Shown one piece after another: positions 54,110 to 63,540 of a stretch of 64,000 bases of DNA; the first letter of the stretch is position 1, and each line of letters starts with the position of its first letter. Location of the stretch: the NCBI GenBank assembly GCA_043718025.1, contig JAYSWN010000020.1, positions 1 through 64,000 on the forward strand. Reading direction: 5' to 3'. The position numbers were made by a program, and so were the translations under genes. The notes beneath the pieces are model-generated. The model saw only the letters and a program-made list of their open reading frames with translations. It was not told the origin of the DNA and did not search any database. This DNA comes from Pseudomonadota bacterium. Its GTDB lineage: Bacteria; Bdellovibrionota; FAC87; UBA2466.

Positions 54110-55918
54110 ATGGAAACCAGGAATCACAAGTGGCGATCGGCTCTCTGCGCGGCGGTCGATAACGTCTGGCCGCTTTTCTTGCCCCAACTTTTCCTTTACC
54201 TACTGGCCTGCCTGGCACCCTTGCCGATCTCCTGGCTAAAACATGCCTTTGGCACGCTGAACGTCGCGTTGGTAGCGATCGCCGGAATCAGAGTTTACCT
54301 CTACCAAATTGAGCACGGCGCGAAAAAAACTGCCGTCGTACTGGCTTGGCTAATGGGGGGACTCCTGTTTTTTAGCTGGTGCGGAGCGTACCTCGAGTAC
54401 CCAGCAGACCCCTGGGAGCATTTGAAACGAATGTCTTCGTTTCACGACCTGACCTTTGTTTCCCAGAGCTACATTAGATTTAAATTCGCCTACTTTTGGG
54501 GCTGGGTCCTAGCGCCGTGGCAATCCCCAGGGTGGATGCGCGGCTTCCTCGATATTTACGGCGGTTTTTGGCAACTGGCGGTCACGTGCCAGTTTTACAG
54601 ACTTAGCCGGGCCCTAGGCGCCCGCCCCCACGAAGCCTTGATTCATACCGTGGGCTGGATCTGTTTTTTTGGCACGAGCCTTTTCGGATTTCGCTACTAT
54701 GCCCTGGCGTCAACTCCGCTCGCCTTTGTGGCCTACTTTAGTCTGTTGAAATACTTAATTTCCGGTGACAAGTCCGCAAACCGGCGCAACTTATTTTGGT
54801 TCGTTACCGGCGCCGCCCTGGTGATGATCTGCAATCACGTTCAAGAGCTACTGCTCACCACGGTCTCCGCCGGCGCCCTTTTGCTTCACCGGCATCACAA
54901 AAACTTTTTTCAAAATCATCGGCGTTATTTTAATTGGTTCGTTGGTTTGGGATTGGCCGTGGGATTAGCGGTTAGCGTATTATCGCCGCTTGTAGCGTCG
55001 CTGCTCGCCAAGGGGATTAGCGAAAAAAGCGCGCAGTGGTGGGTAGATGTCTGCCGCACTCTATCCGCCGTGGGAACCCTTCGCCTCTTCGATCGGAGAA
55101 TTCAGTATTTAGAAACGATGGGAGTCCCGGGGTTATTTGCCATCGGCGTTTCTATCGCCAGATTTAAAAAATACCCTCTGATAGGATTTCTGACTCTGTT
55201 TCCCGTGGGCTTAATGCTTTACCCGCCGGTTGCTTTATTGCTCGTCAGCTCGACCAATCTTTCGAACACCTACCGAATTTTATACGCCTTTCCGTTAACC
55301 TACTCGTTGGTGCAGTGGTTCAACGATGTGGCTCGAGCTTGGTCCGCCAAGCAGGGGGGGATCCCCCGAGGTGTCATCACCTTCGCGCTGATCCTGGTTT
55401 TAATCGGGATTGGAATGGTGAATCGATTTCCGGTTTACGGCCGTTTTTACTTTCAAATTTTTCATCCGCCTCCGGCGCTGCAGATGGCGGGCACGGAAAC
55501 TTTGGCGTTCGATTTAAAACGTAGGATGAGTTGGCCATCGGACTGTTCGTTGGCGAGTGACGAAGCCACCGGATTTGCCATCAGCGCTTGGAACGGTTGG
55601 CGCGTTTCCCACGAGCGGCGCGAAGGCAGTTCCGTGCTCAGACCCAACTTCACCTTCGCGGAATTTAGCGGTGTAATTAAGAACCACAACATTTGCGCCG
55701 TACTGATCCCCCAGAATGCCGAAGTATTCACCGACTCCTCCCTCGGGGAATTGTCGCGCCACTGGTCAAAAAAACATCTGCAATACGCAAGTTATGTGGA
55801 TCCGTCGGCCAAAACCAATTCGGAGCGCCTGGTCGCCGAGCAGGGGTGGAAAGAAATTCTCATTCAAGAAAAATGGCGCTTATTCGTAAAGCCTACCGTT
55901 GCCTTATCCACCAACTAG
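54110..55918 (+). CDS. Polytopic membrane protein, possible GT-C glycosyltransferase
   Basis: More than 12 hydrophobic segments, acidic EYPADPWEH in an early loop, soluble C-terminal tail. Confidence 0.6.
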   Translation: METRNHKWRSALCAAVDNVWPLFLPQLFLYLLACLAPLPISWLKHAFGTLNVALVAIAGIRVYLYQIEHGAKKTAVVLAWLMGGLLFFSWCGAYLEYPADPWEHLKRMSSFHDLTFVSQSYIRFKFAYFWGWVLAPWQSPGWMRGFLDIYGGFWQLAVTCQFYRLSRALGARPHEALIHTVGWICFFGTSLFGFRYYALASTPLAFVAYFSLLKYLISGDKSANRRNLFWFVTGAALVMICNHVQELLLTTVSAGALLLHRHHKNFFQNHRRYFNWFVGLGLAVGLAVSVLSPLVASLLAKGISEKSAQWWVDVCRTLSAVGTLRLFDRRIQYLETMGVPGLFAIGVSIARFKKYPLIGFLTLFPVGLMLYPPVALLLVSSTNLSNTYRILYAFPLTYSLVQWFNDVARAWSAKQGGIPRGVITFALILVLIGIGMVNRFPVYGRFYFQIFHPPPALQMAGTETLAFDLKRRMSWPSDCSLASDEATGFAISAWNGWRVSHERREGSSVLRPNFTFAEFSGVIKNHNICAVLIPQNAEVFTDSSLGELSRHWSKKHLQYASYVDPSAKTNSERLVAEQGWKEILIQEKWRLFVKPTVALSTN

Positions 55919-55980
55919 TTTTTGATAAGAATTCGGCAACTTGACGGACCAGCGACGACAATGGCAGTGACTAGGGATTC

Positions 55981-57897
55981 ATGTTCGCAAAAGTAAAACG
56001 CTTAAATTATCGCCACCTCGTCCCAGACACCCTGGTAATTTTGTTTTCGTTTTACCTAAGCCTTTTGCTTCGCGTCGGACCAGAAGGCTTCTCTCAATAT
56101 CTTCAAGTGCTTAATCGCCACATTCCGCTGTTTCTTATGCTGCGCCTGGGCATTTTTACGGCATTGGGAGTTTACGACATCATTTGGCGGTATATCTCCT
56201 TAGGCGATGCGGCCAAGCTAGCCAAAGCGGTTCTGCTTTCTACCCTGATAACGATCTCCACTACTTACTTGGTCGATATCGGCCGAATTCCGCGGGCCGT
56301 ATTTTTTATTGATGCGTTCTTAGGGCTCCTGCTTTTGGGGGGAGTGAGGTTTTCCCGCCGTTTTCTTTACGAGAAAAAGGGGGAAAGCCAGATGAGTAAC
56401 CCCGGTGAAGCGACCATCATCATTGGCGCGGGTGTCACCGGCCGGGCTTTGGCATCGCGTTTACAAGTGGAAAATGACTCCGGCTACTTGGTGGTTGGTT
56501 TCGTCGACGACGATGCCCAGAAAGTCGGACGGTTCATCGGCGGCCACCGCGTGTTAGGCACCGTGGCCGAGCTCGATCGGATTTTGAAAGACACCGCGGT
56601 AAAGCAGGTGATTATCGGCATCGCCCACCCATCGGGTGCCTTACTCCGCAAGATCGTAAAACAGTGCCGCGCCCATGGCGTAGCGACCCGTTTGGCCCGT
56701 TCGATAGCCAGCCATTTTGGGCAGAGCGGCACCTTGCAGGGACTGCGCGGCATCGAGTTGGCGGATCTATTAAATCGGCCCCGAAAACAAATTGAGCTTT
56801 TAGGAATTAAACAACTTATCGAAGGCCGAACCGTTTTAGTTACGGGCGCCGGCGGCACGATCGGGAGTGAGCTGGCTAGGCAAATTGCCCGAATGGACCC
56901 AGCCCGTTTACTGCTTTTGGACCACGCCGAGTACAATCTCTACGAGATCGACCGTGAACTTCGCGTGGGGGCAAACGCGAACGAGAAAATCATTCCGCTC
57001 CTCATCGACCTCAAGTCTAAGAGCTCGCTACGCAGGGTCTTTCTCGACTACGTTCCCGAGGTGGTGATTCACGCCGCGGCCTACAAACATGTTCACTTAG
57101 TTGAGGTCAATCCCTTAGCCGCTATCCTAAACAATATCGGGGGAACTAAAAACCTAATCGACCTATCACTGAAAAGAGGCGTCGAAACTTTCTTACTTAT
57201 CTCTACCGATAAGGCCGTAAATCCCGTCGGTATCATGGGGGCCACCAAACGGCTGTGTGAGCTGATGATCTCCAGCGCAGGAAAAAAGGGAGGGCGACGC
57301 TACTGTTCCGTACGATTTGGAAATGTTTTGGGGTCGAGCGGCAGTTTGATTCCGCTGCTTACCGAACAAATTACCAAGGGCGAGCCCATCACTATCACTC
57401 ATCCAGAAATGACCCGCTACTTTATGCTAGTCGAAGAGGCCGTGTCTCTGGTGTTAAAAGCCGTTACCGTGGCGAAGCCAGGTGATATTTTACTTTTGGA
57501 CATGGGGGCGCCGGTAAAGATCGTAGACATGGCCAAGAGTTTGTTTGCGTTAGTCGGTACCGGCGATAATGAGCCGGCCATTCTGTACACCGGCCTTCGA
57601 CCGGGCGAAAAACTTTTTGAAGAACTTTATTTGTCGGGCAATGAAACGCCCACCCAATTTTCGGATATTTTGGTGGTTCCTCGCGACGGAATTTTAGCTC
57701 CTCAGGGCGCCGACCAGTTGGACGAACAGGTGAACGCCATCTTTGATTTAGCCGAGACGGGGGATAGCGCCGCCGTAGTACTGCTTCGGGAGGTGGTAAA
57801 AAAACACTCTCTCTCGGCGGAAACTTTGAAAGCCACCGCCTTTTGCCCCGAAAGAGTCGAGACGGCTTCACCGCAACGCCCAGAAGTTTTTCACTGA
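55981..57897 (+). CDS. Membrane-anchored UDP-GlcNAc 4,6-dehydratase (PglF/WbpM/CapD family)
   Basis: Four N-terminal TMs, VTGAGGTIGSEL, HAAAYKHV, ISTDKAV, MGATKR, RFGNVLGS, RPGEKLFEEL. Confidence 0.93.
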   Translation: MFAKVKRLNYRHLVPDTLVILFSFYLSLLLRVGPEGFSQYLQVLNRHIPLFLMLRLGIFTALGVYDIIWRYISLGDAAKLAKAVLLSTLITISTTYLVDIGRIPRAVFFIDAFLGLLLLGGVRFSRRFLYEKKGESQMSNPGEATIIIGAGVTGRALASRLQVENDSGYLVVGFVDDDAQKVGRFIGGHRVLGTVAELDRILKDTAVKQVIIGIAHPSGALLRKIVKQCRAHGVATRLARSIASHFGQSGTLQGLRGIELADLLNRPRKQIELLGIKQLIEGRTVLVTGAGGTIGSELARQIARMDPARLLLLDHAEYNLYEIDRELRVGANANEKIIPLLIDLKSKSSLRRVFLDYVPEVVIHAAAYKHVHLVEVNPLAAILNNIGGTKNLIDLSLKRGVETFLLISTDKAVNPVGIMGATKRLCELMISSAGKKGGRRYCSVRFGNVLGSSGSLIPLLTEQITKGEPITITHPEMTRYFMLVEEAVSLVLKAVTVAKPGDILLLDMGAPVKIVDMAKSLFALVGTGDNEPAILYTGLRPGEKLFEELYLSGNETPTQFSDILVVPRDGILAPQGADQLDEQVNAIFDLAETGDSAAVVLLREVVKKHSLSAETLKATAFCPERVETASPQRPEVFH

Positions 57898-57998
57898 TCT
57901 GAGCACAAGGCTGAAACCGCGCTTACCCATTAGACACCACTTCGCAAATCGCCTAGCCAGCCCTTGATCCAAACATCAAATTTCGTTAAACGAACGAA

Positions 57999-59315
57999 AT
58001 GGCTTTTCGCCGCGCTCTTACCCCGTTTTGCTGGCTTTTACTGTTTTGCCAGTCAGCTCAAGCAGTTAACTCCTACGCCAAACAGTTTCAGGTGACCCTA
58101 AAAGACGGAAAAGTGCTCGAAGCCTACGTGACTAAGCCCGCCGCCCTGGTAGAGGGCGACGATTCGTCGCTATATGGCGCTCTGGCCTTTAGATGGAATC
58201 ACCGCAACAACTCAAGGCTAGCCGCCAAAATGCAGAACCACGCGGCCGATTTCATCGATGCCCGGTCACGCCAGCTCGGTCACGTAAACGATTCGACCCG
58301 AAAAAATCACGAACGGGAGATTTGGCAGCTGCGTACTGGCCAATGGCCCTTAGTCGTAATCACTGAAGCGGGCCACCCCGAAAGAGTGCTCTTTACCGTG
58401 GCCATTGCCGTCTCTTGGGGACGCGATCCGCTGCCGTATCAATACCGTTTTTTCCGTAAGGGAATCGAGGGGCTGCCGCAAACCTGGGGCGGTTACTCCG
58501 TGGGGATACAGAATTTTTTCGATGAGTCGGCAGGCTATTTCCAACCCCTGGTGCTTTTCGACAAAGGGAGTGGCTCGTTTCAGTTTCAGCCCGACCTCTC
58601 CGTAATTTTTTCGCAACTGCCGTGGGCCACGGGCCGGTCGGCCGAAATAAAGTTTTTGATGCAAGCTCCCGGCAGTAGTTTTGAACTGGCGGCAATTGCC
58701 CATACCCTAATCACCGCCTACGGTTTGCATCGTTTCGCGGTTGAATTATTGCCCCGTTGGATGCGGGCGCAGCAAGTGGACTTTATGAGGGATCCAACGA
58801 TCCGCAGGCACTTTGAGAAACAAATTGAAGAGGCGCGGACGGAACGGCTAACCGCACTAGGCAACGACCCGCTGGACCGAGCAACGCAAAAACTGATCGT
58901 CGACCTTTTTTTCGACGCCCTAAAAAAGGTGCTGTGGAGCCCCGAGGGTTTTCAACGCCACTCGGCCGTTTCCAAACTCTACGCCCAGGTGAGTGAAAAA
59001 ATGGACGAAACCAGGGGCAGCCTTTACCGACTCTTTTTAGCACGCTTCAATTTTCCCGAAACTCCGCTCTACGACTTTGCCGAAACCGCCGCCATCGGTA
59101 CGGACGGAGTGCAGACAAAATTTTATGAACTAACGATGGAAAATTTTGATCTCGATATGCTCGAAGGTTTAAATCGGCAGACCAATAGTTTTGCCGAAGG
59201 GGTTCACTTTACCCCCGCTTCTGAGACGGGCGGCAGCTGTCCAGATTTGTTAATCGAAATGATGGGTGCCACCCACGGCGAAGCATTTCGTCGGTTCAAG
59301 CTTGAGCGTCTTTAA
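57999..59315 (+). CDS. Secreted hypothetical protein
   Basis: 438-aa ORF with a signal peptide ending SAQA; no recognised domain. Confidence 0.7.
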   Translation: MAFRRALTPFCWLLLFCQSAQAVNSYAKQFQVTLKDGKVLEAYVTKPAALVEGDDSSLYGALAFRWNHRNNSRLAAKMQNHAADFIDARSRQLGHVNDSTRKNHEREIWQLRTGQWPLVVITEAGHPERVLFTVAIAVSWGRDPLPYQYRFFRKGIEGLPQTWGGYSVGIQNFFDESAGYFQPLVLFDKGSGSFQFQPDLSVIFSQLPWATGRSAEIKFLMQAPGSSFELAAIAHTLITAYGLHRFAVELLPRWMRAQQVDFMRDPTIRRHFEKQIEEARTERLTALGNDPLDRATQKLIVDLFFDALKKVLWSPEGFQRHSAVSKLYAQVSEKMDETRGSLYRLFLARFNFPETPLYDFAETAAIGTDGVQTKFYELTMENFDLDMLEGLNRQTNSFAEGVHFTPASETGGSCPDLLIEMMGATHGEAFRRFKLERL

Positions 59316-59755
59316 CGGCGTGCTAGCAGCCGCCGCCGGCGAAAGTAACGAAAGCGATACAACAGCTGGCTGAAGACCCACACGAAAACATTGGCCAACC
59401 CCGCCTCAAATTCAATAACGTCATGGCAGCTGCAACTATTTCCATCGCGCGGCACGATTCGTAGCTCGTGAATCCAGCTTTTGATATTGGTACCGAACTC
59501 CTTCGATCGGTAAATATACTTTTCGTCGTCTACCGATACAAATTCAATGGTGTGTTGGCCCCAAGGGATAAAACTAAAGAGCTTAAGCCGAGACTTCAAA
59601 ACCAATCCCGAGACATACCTTTTTGAATAGGGATGGCTCAACCGCATCTGGAGCAGAGGGTGAGAAACCGCCAACAAGTCATCTGTATCACAAACAGATT
59701 GCCACACCTGAGGCGCCGGAAAAGGCATGACATGTTTTAATCGTATCGTTGGCAT
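59312..59755 (-). CDS. SRPBCC/START-like ligand-binding protein
   Basis: PAPQVW, W.H, final helix with R-rich tail; TAATG-coupled to TetR. Confidence 0.6.
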   Translation of the reverse strand: MPTIRLKHVMPFPAPQVWQSVCDTDDLLAVSHPLLQMRLSHPYSKRYVSGLVLKSRLKLFSFIPWGQHTIEFVSVDDEKYIYRSKEFGTNIKSWIHELRIVPRDGNSCSCHDVIEFEAGLANVFVWVFSQLLYRFRYFRRRRLLARR

Positions 59756-60408
59756 TAGGGGCTGGCGCTCAGCCAGACTTCGATGACGTCGAGGGTCTCT
59801 TTTCGGCGCTCTTCGAATAAGTTTTTTGCGTTGGTGGTCATCACATCAATTAAATTGCCCGTAACCAGCCCCTGAATCGCTTTGGCCAAAACCCGGATCG
59901 CTTTTTTACTACGCGCCGGCCCCCGCTCGAGAATGGTGCTAATTCTCGCCGTACCCGCGTCGCGAATCTCGGTATTCAACGCACGGTACTGCGGGTGCAG
60001 GCAGGCTTGATAATAGAGCAAAGTATAGACGTTGGCGTGTTGTGGAAACCGCTGAATCCAGTCGAAGTTGCCCTCAACGTAATGGCGAATGGCCAATTTC
60101 CAGGGTTCGTCCTTAACCACGTGCGAATCAATGATATGGGCCGCACTGAACGCCGCAAAGCGAATGGCCGCGGCAACCAGCTCATCTCGGCTGGTGAAAT
60201 AGTAAACCACGTGGGATCGGGCCATCTTGGCCGCTTTACCCACCGTTTCGAAGGTGAGGCTGTCGACCCCGTCGGTAGCCAAGAGGCGCACCACGGCCTG
60301 AAGGATTAGCGCTCGCCGCTGGTCGCTCTTGGATGGACTGCTGGCCAGCGCCTGTTGGTACAAAAAATCTGTTTTGGCGTCTTTTTTCACAATCTGACTA
60401 AAGTCCAC
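59755..60408 (-). CDS. TetR/AcrR-family transcriptional regulator
   Basis: RRALILQA...G...TFETVGKAAKMARSHVVYYFTSRDEL HTH. Confidence 0.9.
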   Translation of the reverse strand: MDFSQIVKKDAKTDFLYQQALASSPSKSDQRRALILQAVVRLLATDGVDSLTFETVGKAAKMARSHVVYYFTSRDELVAAAIRFAAFSAAHIIDSHVVKDEPWKLAIRHYVEGNFDWIQRFPQHANVYTLLYYQACLHPQYRALNTEIRDAGTARISTILERGPARSKKAIRVLAKAIQGLVTGNLIDVMTTNAKNLFEERRKETLDVIEVWLSASP

Positions 60409-60548
60409 GGGTTGTATCTCATCGGCGAAACAAGATCAAACTGTGCGCCCAAGAATCCATTTGACACAAAGCGTTGTCCCGGTATTGAACAAATCATAAA
60501 TCTTTTAGTCTTTTTGTTAAAAACAATATTCGTCGATAGGAGACGGGA

Positions 60549-62636
60549 TTGATCGTTTCGGCAAACTCACGCGGCCCCACGCTAATCCAGCTTTTTATAG
60601 TTGGGCTCGTCGCATTAGTCGTGCCGCAAACCAGCCGCGGCGAGATCCCCGCGAAGAATCATTTCGAAGATCCGACCACCTGCCTACGCTGCCACACCAC
60701 CCAGCATGCAGAGTGGAAGGGCTCGATGATGCACTATTCGGCCGAAAGCCCCGTGTTTCAGGCCTTCGAGCTCACCACACGCAAACTCACCGGGCGATTT
60801 GGCGCGCACGACGCGCAGAACCCCACTTTTTGTCTAAACTGTCATTCGCCGACCGCCGCCTACCAAAACGAAATGCTGGCGTTGAAAAAAAGTCAGCCCA
60901 CCGTAGAAGTGATGAGCCCGCTGTCGAAACAGGGCATCCACTGCACCATGTGCCATTCGGTGCGGGAGCCGGACCTCACCGATAACCAGAACAAAGGGCT
61001 TCTCGGCGATGGCATCGCCAACGCCTCGTTTATTTTTTTTCCCTTCACGCAGTGGGTGGGGCCGACCACCACCGATCCGCTGCCAGAAGCAAACGACTAC
61101 CACGCGGATGGATTCTGGCCAGAAAAGGCGAGTTCTGATTACCTCACCTCTTCAAAGTTCTGCGGCTCTTGCCACAACGTGCACGTGCCCAACACCCCCG
61201 ACACGGTAACCAAAAAGGGCTTTCAAAAAATTGAAAACCTCTACACCGAATGGTTTGAGGGGCCGTACAATTCCAACCACAATCCGCACGGCAAACCGGT
61301 GTCGTGTACCGACTGCCACATGTCCTTGTACGGCGCCGTGGACCCAAAAACTGGCAAGCGGCAACCGCCCGGAACGTTTCCCACGCACCGAGTGGCGACC
61401 GGTTTTAATCGCGAAAGAAAGCACGCCCTGCATTCGTTCACCGCCGTTTCGGTTCCCCTCATCGGCGATGAGGCCAAATTTCCAAACCAGTTTTCAAAAG
61501 AGTTAGACCAATTTGGTTTTCCGGTAGGTCAGGAGCAACGCCGCCAACAGATGCTTGGGGTGGCTTGCGAAATAGAGATTTCGAAACTACCCGCTTTGCT
61601 TGAACCCACCTCAACCGAAATTCCACTAGAAGTCATCGTTACCAATACCGGTACGGGCCACCGGGTGCCCTCTGGCTTTTCGCAAGAGCGCGAAGTGTGG
61701 CTCGAAGTTGTGGTTACCGACTCGAACAAAAAAACCGTCTACGAATCAGGCAGGCTGCACGATAGCCCCCATCCCGAAACTGGAGAAACCACGGTAGATG
61801 GACGTACGTTTGACGAAGACCTAAAAGATGTACCGCTAAAAATCGACCCAACTACTCTCGAAGTGGCCCACTCTGAAATGGGGCCCGATTTTAATCTTAG
61901 GCCGTTTCGAAACTTGGGACTGCCCACCTTCAATAACGCCTTTCTGCGCAAGAAGACCGAAACGAGTTACGAACGCGTCCATTTTTTTACTTTGGCCAAT
62001 CACATCGACAATCAACGTTCGCTGCCGATGCTAACGCCGGTCACCGTGCGCTACGACATTCCCCTGAGCGAGTGGAGTAAAAAGAATCCTCAATACTGCG
62101 GCAACCTTAACGTAAACGTAAAACTCAACTACCGAACGCTGCCCCCAAAATTGTTGCGGGCCCTCATTCAGCGCGAGCCGGCGCTGCTGTCCGAAAGCCT
62201 AATCGATCGCAATCCGCTGGTGGTCATGACCCAACGGTCGCAATTCACCCGCGTCTGCGGGTTGATGCCGCAGCCACAAGGCCCATCCGAAATCGCCGGT
62301 TCGTTTACTTTTTATTCGCAAAAACATCGGTGGCTCAGTTTTCCTACTGCCACATCGTTTGATTCGGCAACGGCCGCGTGCAAGCAACTGAAGTGTGCCC
62401 TACCCACGTTGAGCCAATACGACTCACTGGGCTTAGCCAATTATGTGCCAAAACCGGGCGACAACCACGACGAACTTTGGACCGAGCGCTGGGCGGCCGA
62501 TGCCAACGCCAGTAGCCCCGATAAGGCCACGACCTATTTTTTCACGGGAGCAAACCATCGCCTGGGATCGGCTCCGATCTCGGGAAGTGGCGCGGTAAAA
62601 CTGCCGCACTTTTGTTTTTGTGAGGAAAAGCGCTGA
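60549..62636 (+). CDS. Exported multiheme (5x CXXCH) cytochrome c with Cys-rich C-terminal extension
   Basis: CLRCH, CLNCH, CTMCH, CGSCH, CTDCH; EW.GS.M, Y.EW, NTGTGHRVPSG; signal peptide; AGGAG before TTG. Confidence 0.88.
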   Translation: MIVSANSRGPTLIQLFIVGLVALVVPQTSRGEIPAKNHFEDPTTCLRCHTTQHAEWKGSMMHYSAESPVFQAFELTTRKLTGRFGAHDAQNPTFCLNCHSPTAAYQNEMLALKKSQPTVEVMSPLSKQGIHCTMCHSVREPDLTDNQNKGLLGDGIANASFIFFPFTQWVGPTTTDPLPEANDYHADGFWPEKASSDYLTSSKFCGSCHNVHVPNTPDTVTKKGFQKIENLYTEWFEGPYNSNHNPHGKPVSCTDCHMSLYGAVDPKTGKRQPPGTFPTHRVATGFNRERKHALHSFTAVSVPLIGDEAKFPNQFSKELDQFGFPVGQEQRRQQMLGVACEIEISKLPALLEPTSTEIPLEVIVTNTGTGHRVPSGFSQEREVWLEVVVTDSNKKTVYESGRLHDSPHPETGETTVDGRTFDEDLKDVPLKIDPTTLEVAHSEMGPDFNLRPFRNLGLPTFNNAFLRKKTETSYERVHFFTLANHIDNQRSLPMLTPVTVRYDIPLSEWSKKNPQYCGNLNVNVKLNYRTLPPKLLRALIQREPALLSESLIDRNPLVVMTQRSQFTRVCGLMPQPQGPSEIAGSFTFYSQKHRWLSFPTATSFDSATAACKQLKCALPTLSQYDSLGLANYVPKPGDNHDELWTERWAADANASSPDKATTYFFTGANHRLGSAPISGSGAVKLPHFCFCEEKR

Positions 62637-62689
62637 GGAGAAGGTCTTCTTAAAGCGCCTGAGTAAAGAGAGAGAAAGAGAGTAAAAAG

Positions 62690-62980
62690 ATGAAACGTTA
62701 CCTATTCGCCCTGTTGATGGTTACGGCACTAAACGGTGTCGCCAACGCTGACGAAGACACCCCCGGTCAGTGGGTCTGTTTTGCCCATGACTATATCGAT
62801 GGTCACTCTAAGAGTGACCCGGAAACTGATGACTGCATCCAGTCTTATCACAAGGGCCAAGGCATCTGCCTTAGCCACGCCAAAAGTGCGGCGACTGAGC
62901 GTTGCCTGTCTTATTCGAAAAACAAAGCAACCTGCAAAATCAACACAAGGCTGAACTGCTTTACCGCTAACCAAAAATAG
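62690..62980 (+). CDS. Small secreted six-Cys protein (domain A only)
   Basis: Signal peptide (VANA); W.CFAHD.I.GH...DP..D.C.....KG.G.C...A...A...C...S.N..TC.IN...NCF shared with 63037. Confidence 0.82.
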   Translation: MKRYLFALLMVTALNGVANADEDTPGQWVCFAHDYIDGHSKSDPETDDCIQSYHKGQGICLSHAKSAATERCLSYSKNKATCKINTRLNCFTANQK

Positions 62981-62991
62981 ATCACCAAACG

Positions 62992-63021
62992 GGGAGGAGA
63001 TTCCCAAGTCTCCTCCCTCTT
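62992..63021 (+). terminator. Intergenic hairpin (terminator or stabiliser)
   Basis: GGGAGGAGA-N8-TCTCCTCCC perfect 9-bp stem followed by TCTTT. Confidence 0.55.
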
Positions 63022-63036
63022 TAACCAAGAGGGACC

Positions 63037-63528
63037 ATGAAACTACTAATCACACTATTTACCTTAGCTTTTAGCCTTTGCGTAACCACTTACGGCGACG
63101 ACTTGCCGGAAGGGCATTGGCTAAGCCAGAAGCTGGATAAGACCAATCAGGTGCTCATCACCTATGAAAACTGGTTCGAACAAAACGAATCAGGCGAACG
63201 TGTTTTTCACACCAAGGTTGTGAAAAAAAGCCCTTATACTGAGGCCAACCCAACCGCCCCCGCACTTGCGCCCAAGCCTTTGGCGCCGGCGTCGACGGGA
63301 AAGTGGTACTGCTTTGCGCACGATTTTATAAATGGCCACACCAACGCCGATCCTAAAGACGATTCGTGCGTAGGCGCTCACTTTAAGGGCGCCGGTGCTT
63401 GCCGCGAAGACGCCATTGAGCGCGCCCTGGCGCAGTGTCACGCCCGGTCTTCTAACCACTCGACTTGCGAGATAAACCCTAAGGTAAACTGCTTTTCCGA
63501 AAAAAGTTTACCCCAAACCAATAATTGA
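63037..63528 (+). CDS. Secreted protein: domain B, Pro/Ala linker, six-Cys domain A
   Basis: Signal peptide; LPEGHWLSQ domain shared with 63541; C-terminus paralogous to 62690. Confidence 0.82.
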   Translation: MKLLITLFTLAFSLCVTTYGDDLPEGHWLSQKLDKTNQVLITYENWFEQNESGERVFHTKVVKKSPYTEANPTAPALAPKPLAPASTGKWYCFAHDFINGHTNADPKDDSCVGAHFKGAGACREDAIERALAQCHARSSNHSTCEINPKVNCFSEKSLPQTNN

Positions 63529-63540
63529 AACGGAAACACT

